In this document: positions 1 through 11,399 of the stretch, piece by piece
How positions within the stretch are numbered: the first letter of the stretch is position 1
Layout: each line of letters opens with the position of its first letter
Origin: Raillietiella orientalis
Taxonomy: Eukaryota
Direction of reading: 5' to 3'
DNA length: 64,000 nt
Assembly: GCA_036172245.1 (NCBI GenBank)
Contig: JAYWIR010000017.1
Span: 3,038,001 to 3,102,000 of the forward strand
Notes under the pieces: model-generated
Told to the model about the DNA's origin: nothing
What the model saw: the letters and a program-made list of their open reading frames with translations, nothing else
Database searches by the model: none
Translations under genes and position numbers: made by a program

Positions 1-197
1 CCCCATCTTACCCAATTCAATTTATTTTTGTTGTCGCTTTGTCCCTCCCCCGTTTCGGAATGTCAATTATACTGGTCTACGTGCCCGTGGATTCTCCGCT
101 TTGTTTTTTTTGTTGTCTTAGGTTATGAACCAGATTGTCCCCAACTAGTCTAATTTTTTTTCTAAAATAAGCGTCCCGGCTTGACTGGGTAACAAAC
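1..197 (+). mobile_element. LINE 3' UTR/terminus (L0), running off the window start
   Basis: T-rich UTR ending AAATAA GCGTCCCGGC TTGACTGGGT AACAAAC, the terminal motif shared with the other LINE fragments; resembles 12900-13117. Confidence 0.65.
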
Positions 198-200
198 TTT

Positions 201-700
201 CCTCAGGGAGCGGCTACCAAAAGTAAGCGGCCACAGTCACCGGTCGTTAAACCGGATGACTTCTGTCACTGTCCAAAAAGTACCTGCTAGCTTTTCCCGA
301 AACGAAATCCTCTTGGCTAACCGATAACGCATCAGGACTCGATTGCAATCGGAGGAAAGAACGAGGAAAAGTCCAAGAAGCTTGATGAGCTCCCGGAAAG
401 CAGGAGAACACCTCTCGCTCCATCTTCCCATCTTCCTCCTTTCCATCGCTTCTCGGCCTTTTGGCTAAGATCAAAGTGTAGTCTTTCTCCTCGCGGGGGC
501 TCGCCTCCTGGTTGCCACGGACCTCCTCCCCTCGAAATCGGCCTCTCCTCGTTTCACGGCTGGAGGGCAGCCCGGCGCGGCCGCGGAGTCTTTTTTCCGA
601 AGTCTGCGAACTCTGCACCGGCGCCGGTGGCCTCACGTCCCGAGGGCTCTGCCGTGAACCTCAGGCCACGAGAGGGCAGCTGCTTGTCGGCATTCAGTTT
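201..700 (+). repeat. Left arm of ~500 bp inverted duplication (partner 4460-4958)
   Basis: Near-identical to the reverse complement of 4460-4958. ORF pairs 247..636/4524..4913 and 237..446/4714..4923 differ by only 1-2 residues. Confidence 0.95.
445..482 (+). ncRNA. U2: U2 snRNA 5' fragment (nt 1-38 only; not a full gene)
   Basis: ATCGCTTCTCGGCCTTTTGGCTAAGATCAAAGTGTAGT matches the U2 5' end including stem I and most of the branch-point recognition sequence GTAGT(A). The match stops where U2 would continue ATCTGTTC. Confidence 0.93.
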
Positions 701-1400
701 AAGCTGCGAGGGGGATCTGGATCACTGGAAGATTTGAAGAGCGTTTTGGAAAGATCAGGAGCATTTTGGAGGGAAACTAGAGGGTGGAGTCCTTGGCTGC
801 GTTCGTGTATTCTGGGTGTCGTGTTCTTCGATGTTAGTCCTTACGATCGAAAAGGGTCGAGTGTCGAGAAGACAACATTCTGAACGTCTTCTGTCTCGTG
901 TGGAACTCCATAACAGTCTTAAAAGATCCGAGACAGGACATGGAGTGTAAAGATCGAGGGGTGACCCCTCCATTGCGCCTCCTATGGAGTCAGGACTCCG
1001 TTGGAGGCGCAACTGAGTCTCCAATGGAGTCTTGGAGTCAGTGCGAGAGCACTCGTCGCGGGATACCTGGTAATTTGCTATGGATTCAGAACGGCATCGT
1101 GATGAAAGAGCTGTGTTTCTCCTGAGACGAAGAGGTGCACCTCAGAAAAGGGACAGTGAATTTCAAAGCCTTGGCGAAGCCGTGACGCGCAATCCTCCAA
1201 GAACCGCAGTCTCTTTTTGGGAACCTGATACGGGGAACAGCTAAAAGTATCCTTCTTTCCCATCGCTTGTTTATGTCCCCATCAACATTTCTTGTGAAAG
1301 CCAGTTGTGGATAAAAGATGGATTCAAATATCTCGAGGATTTTTTTTGCTTGGCGCTGCAGATTTGGAAGTCATTAAACGGCATCAAAAGTCATTAAATG
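520..1400 (+). pseudogene. Decayed PLS-class PPR relic
   Basis: LFSEVCELCTGAGGL, GSLEDLKSVLER..GWSPWL, KGSSVEKTTF and IQNGIVMKEL resemble PPR consensus (L.AC...G.L, CGSLEDA..VF+R, G+.PD..TF, QNG...AL). Contains stops and frameshifts. Confidence 0.55.
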
Positions 1401-1649
1401 GAATCAGGGTGGAAAGCAAAGAGACGAGGCAGTATACTGAAAAAGGAACATTACCAAGAGGTTGGTGATGCAGGGCTTGATGGAGCATCAAAAAATTCAG
1501 ACAGGAGTTAGATACTTAATAACAAGTGTTGGAAAGGGAAGAAGAAGAAGATAGCAGTAACATGGACCAGTAGGGGAGGATGATTCAAGAAGATGTAAAG
1601 GTAAGGATTAATCAAGATGACTGAGAAATTTTTTTGCGCGCAGCCCCCG

Positions 1650-4440
1650 TAGTCACTAACTGCTCGGGCATGCTTACGGAATCGGCGGACTTGGACGCGT
1701 GACTTCCCGTAGAAAGCAGGGAAAGCTCCAGTCCCTCGAACGTCAGCTTGTGACTCGTGGTTCGAGCCATGCAGGAGTTATCATTTCCCGTTTCTAGGAT
1801 ACGATCTCGTTTGGAATGGAGCGAACGTTCAGAGCACAGGCGAGCACACGATTCGCTCGAGTCTCTCAAGTCTCGCAGGTGGAACTGACTGGGGATGAAG
1901 AACCATTTGCCAGAACGGCTTCCACGGAAGTACCTTCCCCGAGTACTTTCGAAGCCGAATCATTCTGAAGGATGGAGGGACCTCTCTAGGCGCTAACGAG
2001 GTGCAAGCCAAAGTTTACTTCGGAAAGAGTCTCGTCAGAAGTTCTTCCGGATCGGATCCAAGTGTCTTCGGAGCCCTCTTGTCGCAAAGTTTAGGAGGAG
2101 GGGCGTTACCAACGAAAGTGACAAGCGTTCTGGAAGACAAACAGAAAAATCGCGATGAAGGGGTAAAACAGGCGAGTGAGACGCCGACGACCTTGGGATC
2201 GATGATCGATTCTGCTTCGAGCTTCAGCTTTGCGCCCAGAATCCCCAAAGCAATTGCACCTCTGCAGCTGCAACATGGAACGCAACTTTTCAAAGAAATG
2301 CAACGTGCAACGCTTGGTGGATCAAGGCTCAACGATCAGCAACGTGAATAGTGGATACATGAGAAAGCACTTCACATTTGCGGAGAACATAGTCAGTTCT
2401 GATCCACTAGCAGTGATTTTTTTTGTTTTTGCTTAGTTAGTTAAATCGGGATCCCTTCGAAGAATTGATGGTAGCGGTTTCTGAGACCTCGAACAGGCTC
2501 GGCTGTCACAACCCCGCATGGGCCAAGCCCACATTACGCCTAGCATGCTTCTCGAAAGTGCCACAGTGGATGAAGAACCTATCTTCTGTCACTGAAGAAC
2601 TGAGATGCTCTTCGGGGTCATCTGTGATTGAAAAGAAAAGCTCGGAAGCAAATTCTCCTTGAAGAAATGTCGACAGCAAAGATGCGTCTTGGTCCAGCCT
2701 CTCCAAGGTAGAGTGAACTCGTTTCGAAGACGCTGCCTCAGTTCGTATGAGATGCCTTCAAAGCTATTCCTCGTTTCTCCTTATTCCTCCAAGAATTCCT
2801 TCTCGAACCACTTATCAGAAGAAAGAAAAAAAATCGTGACAAGCTTTTTCATTCATCCTGCTAATTCTTCCCCCGAAAGTGCTTTCAGAAAAAAAAAAAA
2901 CAAGGAAAAGACATTCCTCATGTTCCACAGAAAGAGTTACTCGTGAGTTTCTCTCTTTCTCGATGGCGTTTGTTCCAGGATCTTTTGCCCCGGAAATTCT
3001 GCACCCCGCCGTGTCCCTGGAATCACACTTTATGAAATTCACGCAACAGAGTCGTGCATAATTCATCGGGAAGCCGAAGAATCTTACTGGTTGTAGAGAT
3101 TTCACTTCACTCCTGGGTTGAGCATCCTCACGTGATTGATGGACTAAAAATCGAACTTTTGATGTTTTCCCCGAGGGGTGCATGAAATTTAGACTGCATC
3201 CATCATTCACATGCATGTTGATGTAAAATGCTGGAGCCGAAAACTCAGAGGGATGCCCGATCACCGATGATACCTCAGATTCGTCACCTTCACCAGGGTT
3301 CATCGTTGTGTAGCATTCGCTTAATGTTGGAGGGTCATGTCTGAAGGCGTAGCAGCAGCAGCAGCAGAGTGATGGCCTCTACGGGCTGCTGGCAGTCGAC
3401 ACTTCGCCAAAGTCAAGTTGAGAGTGAAGACATGCTCCTGAGATGCCACAAAACGTCGCGACTTGCATCTTCTAAAACCCTGGCAACGCAGTTGGTTTCA
3501 CTCCTGGAGATCAGATCTATGCCTACTGGTAACCTCATCCCGCACAGGCCGCAGATGTGCCTCGGAGAGGTGTTCTCTACGCAGGTGCAATGTAGGTGGA
3601 GAAGCCGCATTTCCGGCCGACGGCAGCTCATCCTGCGAAGCATGCCCGAAGGTCAGACAGACCTCACCTGAACAGACTCCGCTCTACCCTTTCCTGCCAC
3701 GGAAGCGTTCCCAGGAATGTCCTATCCATCAAGGGAATATTTTCTCGGGATAAATAAGTAGAATATCGGAAAATTTTAGAAACTCACGAGGGAAGCAAGA
3801 AGCGAGTATTTCCGCCATCTCACAGTCTTTGAACCTATCGCCCAAGGCCTCTTTTCATCCAGGTAAACACCTCGTTCCACGTATTCATTCCGGAAGTCAC
3901 TGTCGGACTCAATGCCGAGATTCCCGGCCGCCGCAATCTCAGAGCTTTTGCCTGGAGGTAAAGTTGCAGCCGACACCAGGGTAGGGGGATAGCTCGACTT
4001 CACAGTGGCGTCGTGATTCCCGAAAATCTGCGCCGCGCGGGTAGGGGAAAGGAGGAACTGGAGGTGACATCGCGGCATTACGACTTATCCCCCCCGCAAT
4101 TGTCCCGAGTCCCCCTTACACCGCCCCGTATAGGTTGGGCCAGTGCACGCGTAGGAGGCAGCGATTGAGAAAGAGAGGCTTCCTTGGATGGCGACCATCT
4201 TGGCTGCCACTGCAGCTCTCTCAGGCGACAGAAAGTGTCCGGCGAGAAAGAGTTGACCGAGAGACGCGAGGAGATCGACACTCTCCGGAGCAGTTCTCGA
4301 GGAAAGGATCTTCAGTAGCCCGGGTGCTTTCTCGACGACCCGCTTTCCGTCCTGCAGGACCACTCCGCTTCGTCGCCGAACGCCCGGACAGACAGACCTT
4401 ATCCCGTCGTTTCGTCATACCTGACGAGATGCTACGAGGC
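1650..4440 (-). pseudogene. Decayed PLS-class PPR relic (~2.8 kb)
   Basis: GIESDSDFRNEYVERG, ARVLEDASRDVLW, VNFIKCDSRDTA, FIHCGTFEKHARR, CSCRGAIALG...DPKVVGVSLACF and FWQMVLHPQSVPP across shifting frames. Confidence 0.6.
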
Positions 4441-4459
4441 TCAAATACAAGCTTGATTG

Positions 4460-4958
4460 AAATTGAATGTCGACAAGCAGCTGCCCTCTCGTGGCCTGAG
4501 GTTCACGGCAGAGCCCTCGGGACGTGAGGCCACCGGCGCCGGTGCAGAGTTCGCAGACTTCGGAAAAAAGACTCCGCGGCCGCGCCGGGCTGCCCTCCAG
4601 CCGTGAAACGAGGAGAGGCCGATTTCGAGGGGAGGAGGTCCGTGGCAACCAGGAGGCGAGCCCCCGCGAGGAGAAAGACTACACTTTGATCTTAGCCAAA
4701 AGGCCGAGAAGCGATGGAAAGGAGGAAGATGGGAAGATGGAGCGAGAGGTGTTCTCCTGCTTTCCGGGAGCTCATCAAGCTTCTTGGACTTTTCCTCGTT
4801 CTTTCCTCCGATTGCAATCGAATCCTGATGCGTTATCGGTTAGCCAAGAGGATTTCGTTTCGGGAAAAGCTAGCAGGTACTTCTTGGACAGTGACAGAAG
4901 TCATCCGGTTTAACGACCGGTGACTGTGGCCGCTTACTTTTGGTAGCCGCTCCTGAGG
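4460..4958 (-). repeat. Right arm of ~500 bp inverted duplication (partner 201-700)
   Basis: Reverse complement of 201-700. Similarity ends near ...GTCG(G/A)CATTCA(G/A)TTT on the inner side and at CCTCAGG on the outer side. Confidence 0.95.
4678..4715 (-). ncRNA. U2: U2 snRNA 5' fragment (nt 1-38), identical to 445-482
   Basis: Plus strand ACTACACTTTGATCTTAGCCAAAAGGCCGAGAAGCGAT is the exact reverse complement of 445-482. Confidence 0.93.
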
Positions 4959-7890
4959 GGAGTGTCTCGTTATCCTCTACAGCTGACCTTTGCATATGGC
5001 GGTTTCCCATTGCTATGGCAACACCTCGGCGGTCCTCATCTCACAAATCGGAGAGTTCACGTGGCGTTCCACATCGACTACCAGTTGCTGGTACTCACGA
5101 AAGATGGTGTCCTTGGCACCCTAGCTGGGATGCGTGCCGCCAGTCGAGAGTGTGCGCGATTCATAGCGAGTGGCTCGTGTGAGCGACCTGTCCCGTTCTA
5201 TCGTCGGGAAGGGTCCGGTCTATTTGACACTTGAATGGGAGACTGTTTGGTGACCTCGGGTTCTATGAGCCTGGCAGAATCTCCAAGTGTCTCCGAGGTA
5301 ACTCTTTAGCAGTTACGAACCCGCTGCAACCAGAAAACGCGAAAGAGCATCACTGAAGGGAGTCTCTTCCATTCCAACAGATTTGGTTTGTTCAATAACT
5401 GACCATGCGTTACGTTTTCACAAAGCAAGGATATAGCTGGGGTTCTGCAAATTGACGGATGACACACTGGAATTCCAAATGCAAAAGGCTTGGTCACTCG
5501 TTATCAAAAATAAACTCTCGGTCTCGAAGTTTGGGGATGTACCTTCTTCTGAGAGTCACGAATATGAAGGGAAACCAAAGTGTCTCCTCTTTTTCTGATT
5601 TCATTGGCCACACTATCGCTGAGATTTCATGCCCCATGGTCTTCGGTCAACGAATTTCCAGATGGAAAAGGTGGACTTTTCGTGTTTCTGATTGGGGGAG
5701 GAAAGCCAATCTCCCTACTATTCCACCTGACTTGCTGTATGCTGTCTTCCCCGAGAAGAGACCCTTAAGTTAAGCGAACTTCTTTCTTTTCTGCAACTTT
5801 AGATCTTTAGATCTTTAAATTTCTTCTTTAGATCTTTGGGGGCGTGGACGCGATAGTTCGGCTTCTTCTGAAATATGAGGGATGGCACGTCCTTTTGTGA
5901 ATTCTTTCTCAATCCGCTGTCATTCCTCCGTTTCAAAAGCCAGCTGAAAATACCGGAGCGCGTCTCAACTTTGCTACCCGATGCAGCACCCGGACCAGAA
6001 GAGGCTGTGAGGACTGAATTTCGCTGCAGCAGAAATATCGAGGATCCGCGTCCATGGACCGAACAAAGAGATTTCTTATTGCCCTCTTCGAGGTTCCCAA
6101 GCATGCCACAGGCGCACGCAAGGAGGACTCGTCTCCCTGGGCGTCACGATGGCTCAGCATCCAGCGGACACCTTCGATGGATCGTCAGCTTTGCCGCAAT
6201 TTCGATCTTTTGTGGAGCAGCCTTCTGCACGAAGGCTCGCTTGCTGCTTGCCTCGAAGTTCTCCTCCTGGGACACTTCGTTCACACGAGTCGCTCTCTGT
6301 GAATCGCGCACACTTTCGAGCGGCGGCACGCATCCCAATTACAATGCTTTTCCGAGAAGATATGCTCATGCAGAAGCACGAGAGATTGTCTCCATCCCTG
6401 GTTTGTTTCAGAGATGCAGAAGATTCGAGATTCTGAGGCTGCATTTTTCTCAAGAGAGATGGAGCAACAGAATCGGATGAGTTAATCAAAAGGAATCGGA
6501 AATGAGATGCTATCAGCTGCCATGAGCTCCGTTCTGAAAAAGAATTTCCACCAGTAGTCAAGCAAATCGAATGGCCCCAGATGGGTAGCGACCGGCAGTC
6601 AAAATTTTAGCCACGATGAGCGAAAAGGAAGAGAAGGGAAGTCAATCGCAAATTACGGGTGCATTTTAAGTCCCAGGTTCGAGAAAGGAACAGAAAGCTC
6701 GGAAAGATGCTCTGTCTTTAGAATGCGGAGATTCTTCTAGAAGATTCTCGCTCTCAATTGGAAACGTTTGTTCAGATAACTCTGATGCTTTCAAAACCAT
6801 GGAGGAGAAAACATAGATTCGAACTAGGTTGGGAAAGATGCTTGGGTGTAGCCGGAGCCGAATATCCCGTCATCAGTCACATCACGTTTTCTTCTGCCTT
6901 CCAGTTGGTAAGCGAGGGAGAATCGGCAGGTGAGATGGGTCCAAATGGTGCTTCAGGAGTGAAGATGCAGAGAATGAACAACGGGCTACCTCCAAACGAC
7001 CTGAGGGCATTTTAATAATTCCTAGAGGGGTGCGCTCACGATACCATCTGCTCCTCACATCACAGGGATCGCATGCTGAGGAATCTGCTGATTTATCGTC
7101 GGAGGCACAAAATAAGGGATGCTCACTCTCTGGAGGGAAAGAAGCTAAAAAGGATAAGTAAGCTGCGGAGATGATTGTTTCCAGGGGGATCCTTAGAATA
7201 TATTATGAATTCTTCTGCAAGAAAGAAGAGATGCGATGTTCCTTTCCGGAAGCAGGTTTGAGAAGTACGAATGTCCACGGCGCTGTAAGAATTGTCCACG
7301 GCGTTTGTCCAGCACGACCCGTTTAGAACAAGGAAATCTCTTTCAGATCCCTTAGCGACGTCGGATTTTCCTCTTCTCTCGTGTTCTGGTCGGGGCAAGG
7401 CGGAGATGAAAGAACAAACGTTTTGCTCGACAGAGGCTGGAACAAGCCATCCTCTGCAGAGTTACGGAAATGGGACAAAGGGACGAAACGTGCACAGAGA
7501 GGGTGGTTTCTGAGTGGCTTGGGAGCGGGAGAGGTGAATCGGAAGAGAAAGGAAGGCGAGGCGGGAGCGGAAGACCCTCTGCAGAATGTGGAGGCTGAAC
7601 TGCGGCCTCCCGTCGCGCTCAACAGTCCCAGAAAGGTGCACGTTGCTTATACCCTGAGGACCTCTTTCAGAACGCGGACGTCACCATGCACCTGCTGGGC
7701 AGATTCCCAAGGGCTCCACCCCCTGTGTAGTGCGGCGACTTGGTTCGAACTGGAAGGCGGACAAGGGCGACCATGGACAGACTCGTAGCAATATCAGCGA
7801 TAACATCCCAGTTCCTCCCCTCGCGTCCTTCTCCTTCCGGACCCTTGGGGATCACGATCGTGAGTCCAGTCCATTCCACTCCTGTCCATT
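4714..7890 (+). pseudogene. Decayed PLS-E PPR relic (~3.1 kb)
   Basis: RNFDLLWSSLLHEG, GTHPNYNAF, GLFQRCRRFEILRLHF, AFKTMEEK, NGLPPNDLRAF**FLEGCAH, LLSCSGRGKAEMKEQTFCS...HPLQSY, then E-domain-like GAEDPLQNV...PVALNS. Confidence 0.62.
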
Positions 7891-7979
7891 ATTTATTGAT
7901 TTCTCTCCCTTCTTCCTTCCAATTTCTCCCTTCGGCTCTTTTCGCTTCCGGATGGTGGATGGCTGATCCTTCTTTTTTA

Positions 7980-9640
7980 TTTATTTTATTCCTCCGGGAA
8001 GAGACAGCCTCTGAGAGATGAGGTACTCGTCCCGCGAGGCCCATAAGAGCTCGTCGCGGAGGGAAGGGAGGGTGACCCCTGAGCTCGCTACTGTCCGATA
8101 CAGAGCTGGGACCCATTCCTTTGGAAGATGGTCGAGCGTCTTGGAGACAGGGTTCGTTCTGACCGCCGACGAATGCCGTCGCCGAGGTCGCCGGTGCGGC
8201 CGACGACGCTCCGAACGGACCAATCAGATCAATTCCTCCACTCGAATCGCCTCAGGCGCCCGAGCATCTTGGCAAGTCTTCGGGAATACACCCAGCTATG
8301 GGGTGATCGCCTCCAAGACCCTGACCCTGACGGGTTGCGTGCTCTCGGCCCGGTAGAAGCAGGATTCTCTAAAAAAAAAAGCCTTCTATTTTTCATTTTA
8401 TTTTTCCGAAGAGAAAGAAAAAAAGGTCCGCGTTGGAGGCTGCGGTCTCCGCGCGCGGCACCGAGAGTCGCGGGTTCGAATCCCAACCGGGGAAGAATCG
8501 ACGCCGAGAATAGGGTCGTGATTTCTATTCCCCCCCCCCCGCGGGGTGACACTGTTTGGCATGTAGGCTTCGGGTGTGGCACTAATAAAAGCCGGAAACT
8601 CGCGAATGCCCCCGATGACTGGCCGGGGTTGGAAGTCCTTCCAGAAATCAAGGAGCCCTTCCGGATCTCCTTCCAGTTATGAAAATGGAGCCGTTGCCAT
8701 GGAGCTGGTTGATACCCCCTCAAAGGGTTACCTCTCCAGAGTGTCAAGAAGCACCCTGCTTCCTTCGGGGAGCGCTCTTCAGAGAAATCTGGAATCTCCC
8801 CTTCGGAATTTTCTTCGGGGAAGAAAACCGGGAGCGGATCCTTCCAGAATTTCCTTCGGAGAAGGAAAAGCGAAGCGGTCTCCTCTGAGGGGTCCCTTCG
8901 AAGGGCGAGGGTTCTCTTGGGGATTCCTTCTCAAGAGTGAAAGGAACGTACTCCTTCCTCCTGAGCTCTTCCTGGATTCATACGCGGTTCCCTCCCGTGT
9001 CTCCCTCTATCTTGAAGAGCTAGGACGCACCCTCGGGTGGCGTGGGCAGTCTCAGAGACCTTCGCGTCCCCCAGGCGAATGCTTCTCTTCTTCTTCACCC
9101 CGTGGGGTAGTCATGCTTCTCTTCTTCTCCCCCTTCCCCCTCAAAAAAACAAACAAAAAAAACAAAATAGATCTGGTACATTTTCCGGCCTGGAGTAACT
9201 CCTGAAACAGACCGCTCATTCATAGAAGGAAAGAAGGAAGGTCGGACAATGCCTAAATCTGACAGACAGACAGCGACCGGCCCCCGTGTGGAGGACCGTA
9301 CAGTGCACGAAGCGATCCGGACGGCGATGCTGGTGTCTTCGATACGGATAGCTGTTTCGGGTCTGTTCTCATCTTCCGCCGCCGCACCTGCTGCCGGACT
9401 TTTTCCCACTCCACGTGATGCGGTCGAGGAGGAAAATTCCAGCACCGACCTCCGACGAGAACTGAGGAGATCTTGCCCCCAGGAAAACATCGGGGAAATT
9501 CGAGCGGACACCCAGGAGAAACGAAGAACAAAATGGAGCGTCGGGAGACGGACACCTTGCCGAGCGACGGTTCTCCGACCCCTCGATTGCAAAGAACTCT
9601 AGCCGGCGGCTAAGGATGGACCTCCAGAGAGAAGAGGACG
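7980..9640 (-). pseudogene. Decayed PPR relic interrupted by SINE copy 1
   Basis: RQGVRLPTLHFVLRFS on one side of the SINE; LAKMLGRLRRFE and KTLDHLPKEW...VASSG on the other. Confidence 0.4.
8425..9167 (+). mobile_element. tRNA-derived SINE-like element, copy 1
   Basis: tRNA-like head with B-box GGTTCGAATCC (8473-8483). Body is shared with four other loci. A-rich tail at 9143-9167; the 3' boundary is uncertain. Confidence 0.7.
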
Positions 9641-9659
9641 ACCATGTTGACCTCCCAAC

Positions 9660-10640
9660 AAAGGGTCCTTTTTTCTGATGCTACATGACGATAAAGCTTT
9701 TCCATGTCAAACCCTACTAAATAAATTTGGTTTTTTAGAAAAGAGGTGGAGACACCCATGTTGCAGGTCAGGCGCAGGGCGCAAGGCGCTGCGGTGCACG
9801 GGAAGAACTGCAGGATCCAAGACTCCCACGATGCACTTCACGATTGGGAGCACGAAAGGAACACGTGATTTCAGGGAAAGGACAACACCCCCAATTCCCC
9901 GCATCCTTCCAAGAACTACGCATGCGTCGCTCACTCAGATGCAAGAATGGCAGTGCGCCGAGTCGGAATCGGCGTTTCGCTTCTCGAGGAACTGCAAGAG
10001 ACCTCAAAGAGATTTTCCTGCAAAGAGGCGGGAGGAGGAAATGAGGCCAACCGAGGGAAAATGCAGAATGCGGTGGGAATCGACCGGTTTCTATCGGTAC
10101 AAGGACTGGTTTTGAGGTATTCTTCCAGAATGGAGCGCTCTAGGGAGAACACCTTTCCTTCTTTTCCCCTCACGCTCCCGGACACTTCTTGCCATGGCTC
10201 CTGGCTTTCATCAGCCCATCGCTTTGGTGGATCGGCTCGCGTGCTACAGGCCTTGAAGACGTGAAGGCAGTGACGCGACCAGAGATCGGAACCCGCGCGC
10301 AAGCGTCAAGAACGAGGTCTGGTCCGTTGGAGTCGCATCACGAACCACGCGCCCTTTGGGAGCTCGCGTTTCCGAGTGTCTGCCTCTGGTCCACCGACCG
10401 AATAAGCTGCAGCCCAGGAAGGAGTACACCAAGCGAGCGTGCCGCTCACGTGCCCCTCGGACGAGGATGCAACCAAAACAAAAAAAATTGCCTCGAGAAG
10501 TTTCGGTTCTCTCGGAACGGCGGAGATGCCGCAGAAAAGCTTCTGGCGGAGCTCCTGACGGCGACTCTGAAGCCTGTTTTGGCGCGGCATGGCGCAGAGG
10601 GCAAGGCGCGATGGGCAAACATGATCTGACCCCTTCATTG
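9660..10640 (-). pseudogene. Decayed PLS-E PPR relic
   Basis: SWAAAYSVGG, LHVFKACSTRAD, SILEEYLK and E-domain-like ACVVLGRMRG...VPFVLPIVK. Confidence 0.52.
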
Positions 10641-10719
10641 AGTGATAGCTAGGCTTTCGTCACAGCGAGTCCAATCCCGGTTTCCCATCTCTCCTTCCTG
10701 CTTATATTCAGAGGTCCCA

Positions 10720-11064
10720 AGCAGAGGTCAACCCGCACGTGGTGCCTCGAAGGAGGCCGTTCCTCTTATGCTTGGCAGCAAACCCCGAAAGGAATTTTCT
10801 CCCTGGTTGCCTCCGATGGCAACTCTGAAGGGAACCGTCTCCTTTGTTCCTGGAAGGACACCGGAAGGTCGAATTCCAATCCTGGCTAGTCGGCGGGGAC
10901 ATTCGGGGCTTCCACCAGTGCTGCCCCCCAATAGGCCGACCAGCGTCACCCTGCGGGGGAAACTTGAAACCCATGACGCGCCTATTTCTCGGCATCGATC
11001 CCTCCCCGGGTGGGATTAGAACCCGCAACCCTTGGTGACGCGCTGTCCGCCGCCAATGCGGGTC
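10720..11064 (-). mobile_element. tRNA-derived SINE-like element, copy 2
   Basis: Minus strand GTTGCGGGTTCTAATCCCACCCGGGGAGGGATCGATGCCGAGAA...CCCCCGCAGGGTGACGCTG aligns by eye with copy 1. Confidence 0.7.
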
Positions 11065-11399
11065 GGAATCTCCCATTCTTGCGGGGAGGCGACGCGCGCA
11101 TGTGAGGGTGGAACGTAGCTCTAACAAACTCTAACAAACCGTCATCTGCATCCGGAAAGACTCGGATGGGTACTCTCCAAGATGGGCAAAGTAAAAGAAG
11201 GAACAGGGATCGAGGGTCGCGTTCGAACTGCGTTTCCTTCTCGTCCAGAAGTGTCAAACCATACAATCACAACAAATAAATGAGAAGTGCAGCGTGAAGG
11301 GGTCAGCCATCTACCGTTCGGGGAAGAAAGTAGCTCCGAATCTCACTGGGGAGAGATGACTGGGGAGGGAGTTAAAGGTGGAAGGGGCAGGGCGAATGG

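Noticed and set aside
483..560. HDV-like ribozyme after the U2 fragment (CTCCTCGCGG)
   Set aside because: Only the L3-like string matches. I could not build convincing P1/P2/P4 helices or a J4/2 strand.
640..1160. LINE ORF1 (RRM + CCHC knuckle, CFS*DEEVHLRKG) downstream of U2, i.e. a Keno 5' end
   Set aside because: The knuckle needs a stop repaired and lacks its last Cys. The surrounding frames fit PPR motifs better (GSLEDLKSVLER, QNG).
201..4958. DNA transposon with 500-bp TIRs
   Set aside because: No TSD or transposase. The left boundary is set by a LINE end, and the arms consist of U2 plus PPR-like sequence.
8425..8495. Functional tRNA gene
   Set aside because: A B-box is present, but there is no complete cloverleaf or anticodon arm; it is the head of a dispersed repeat.
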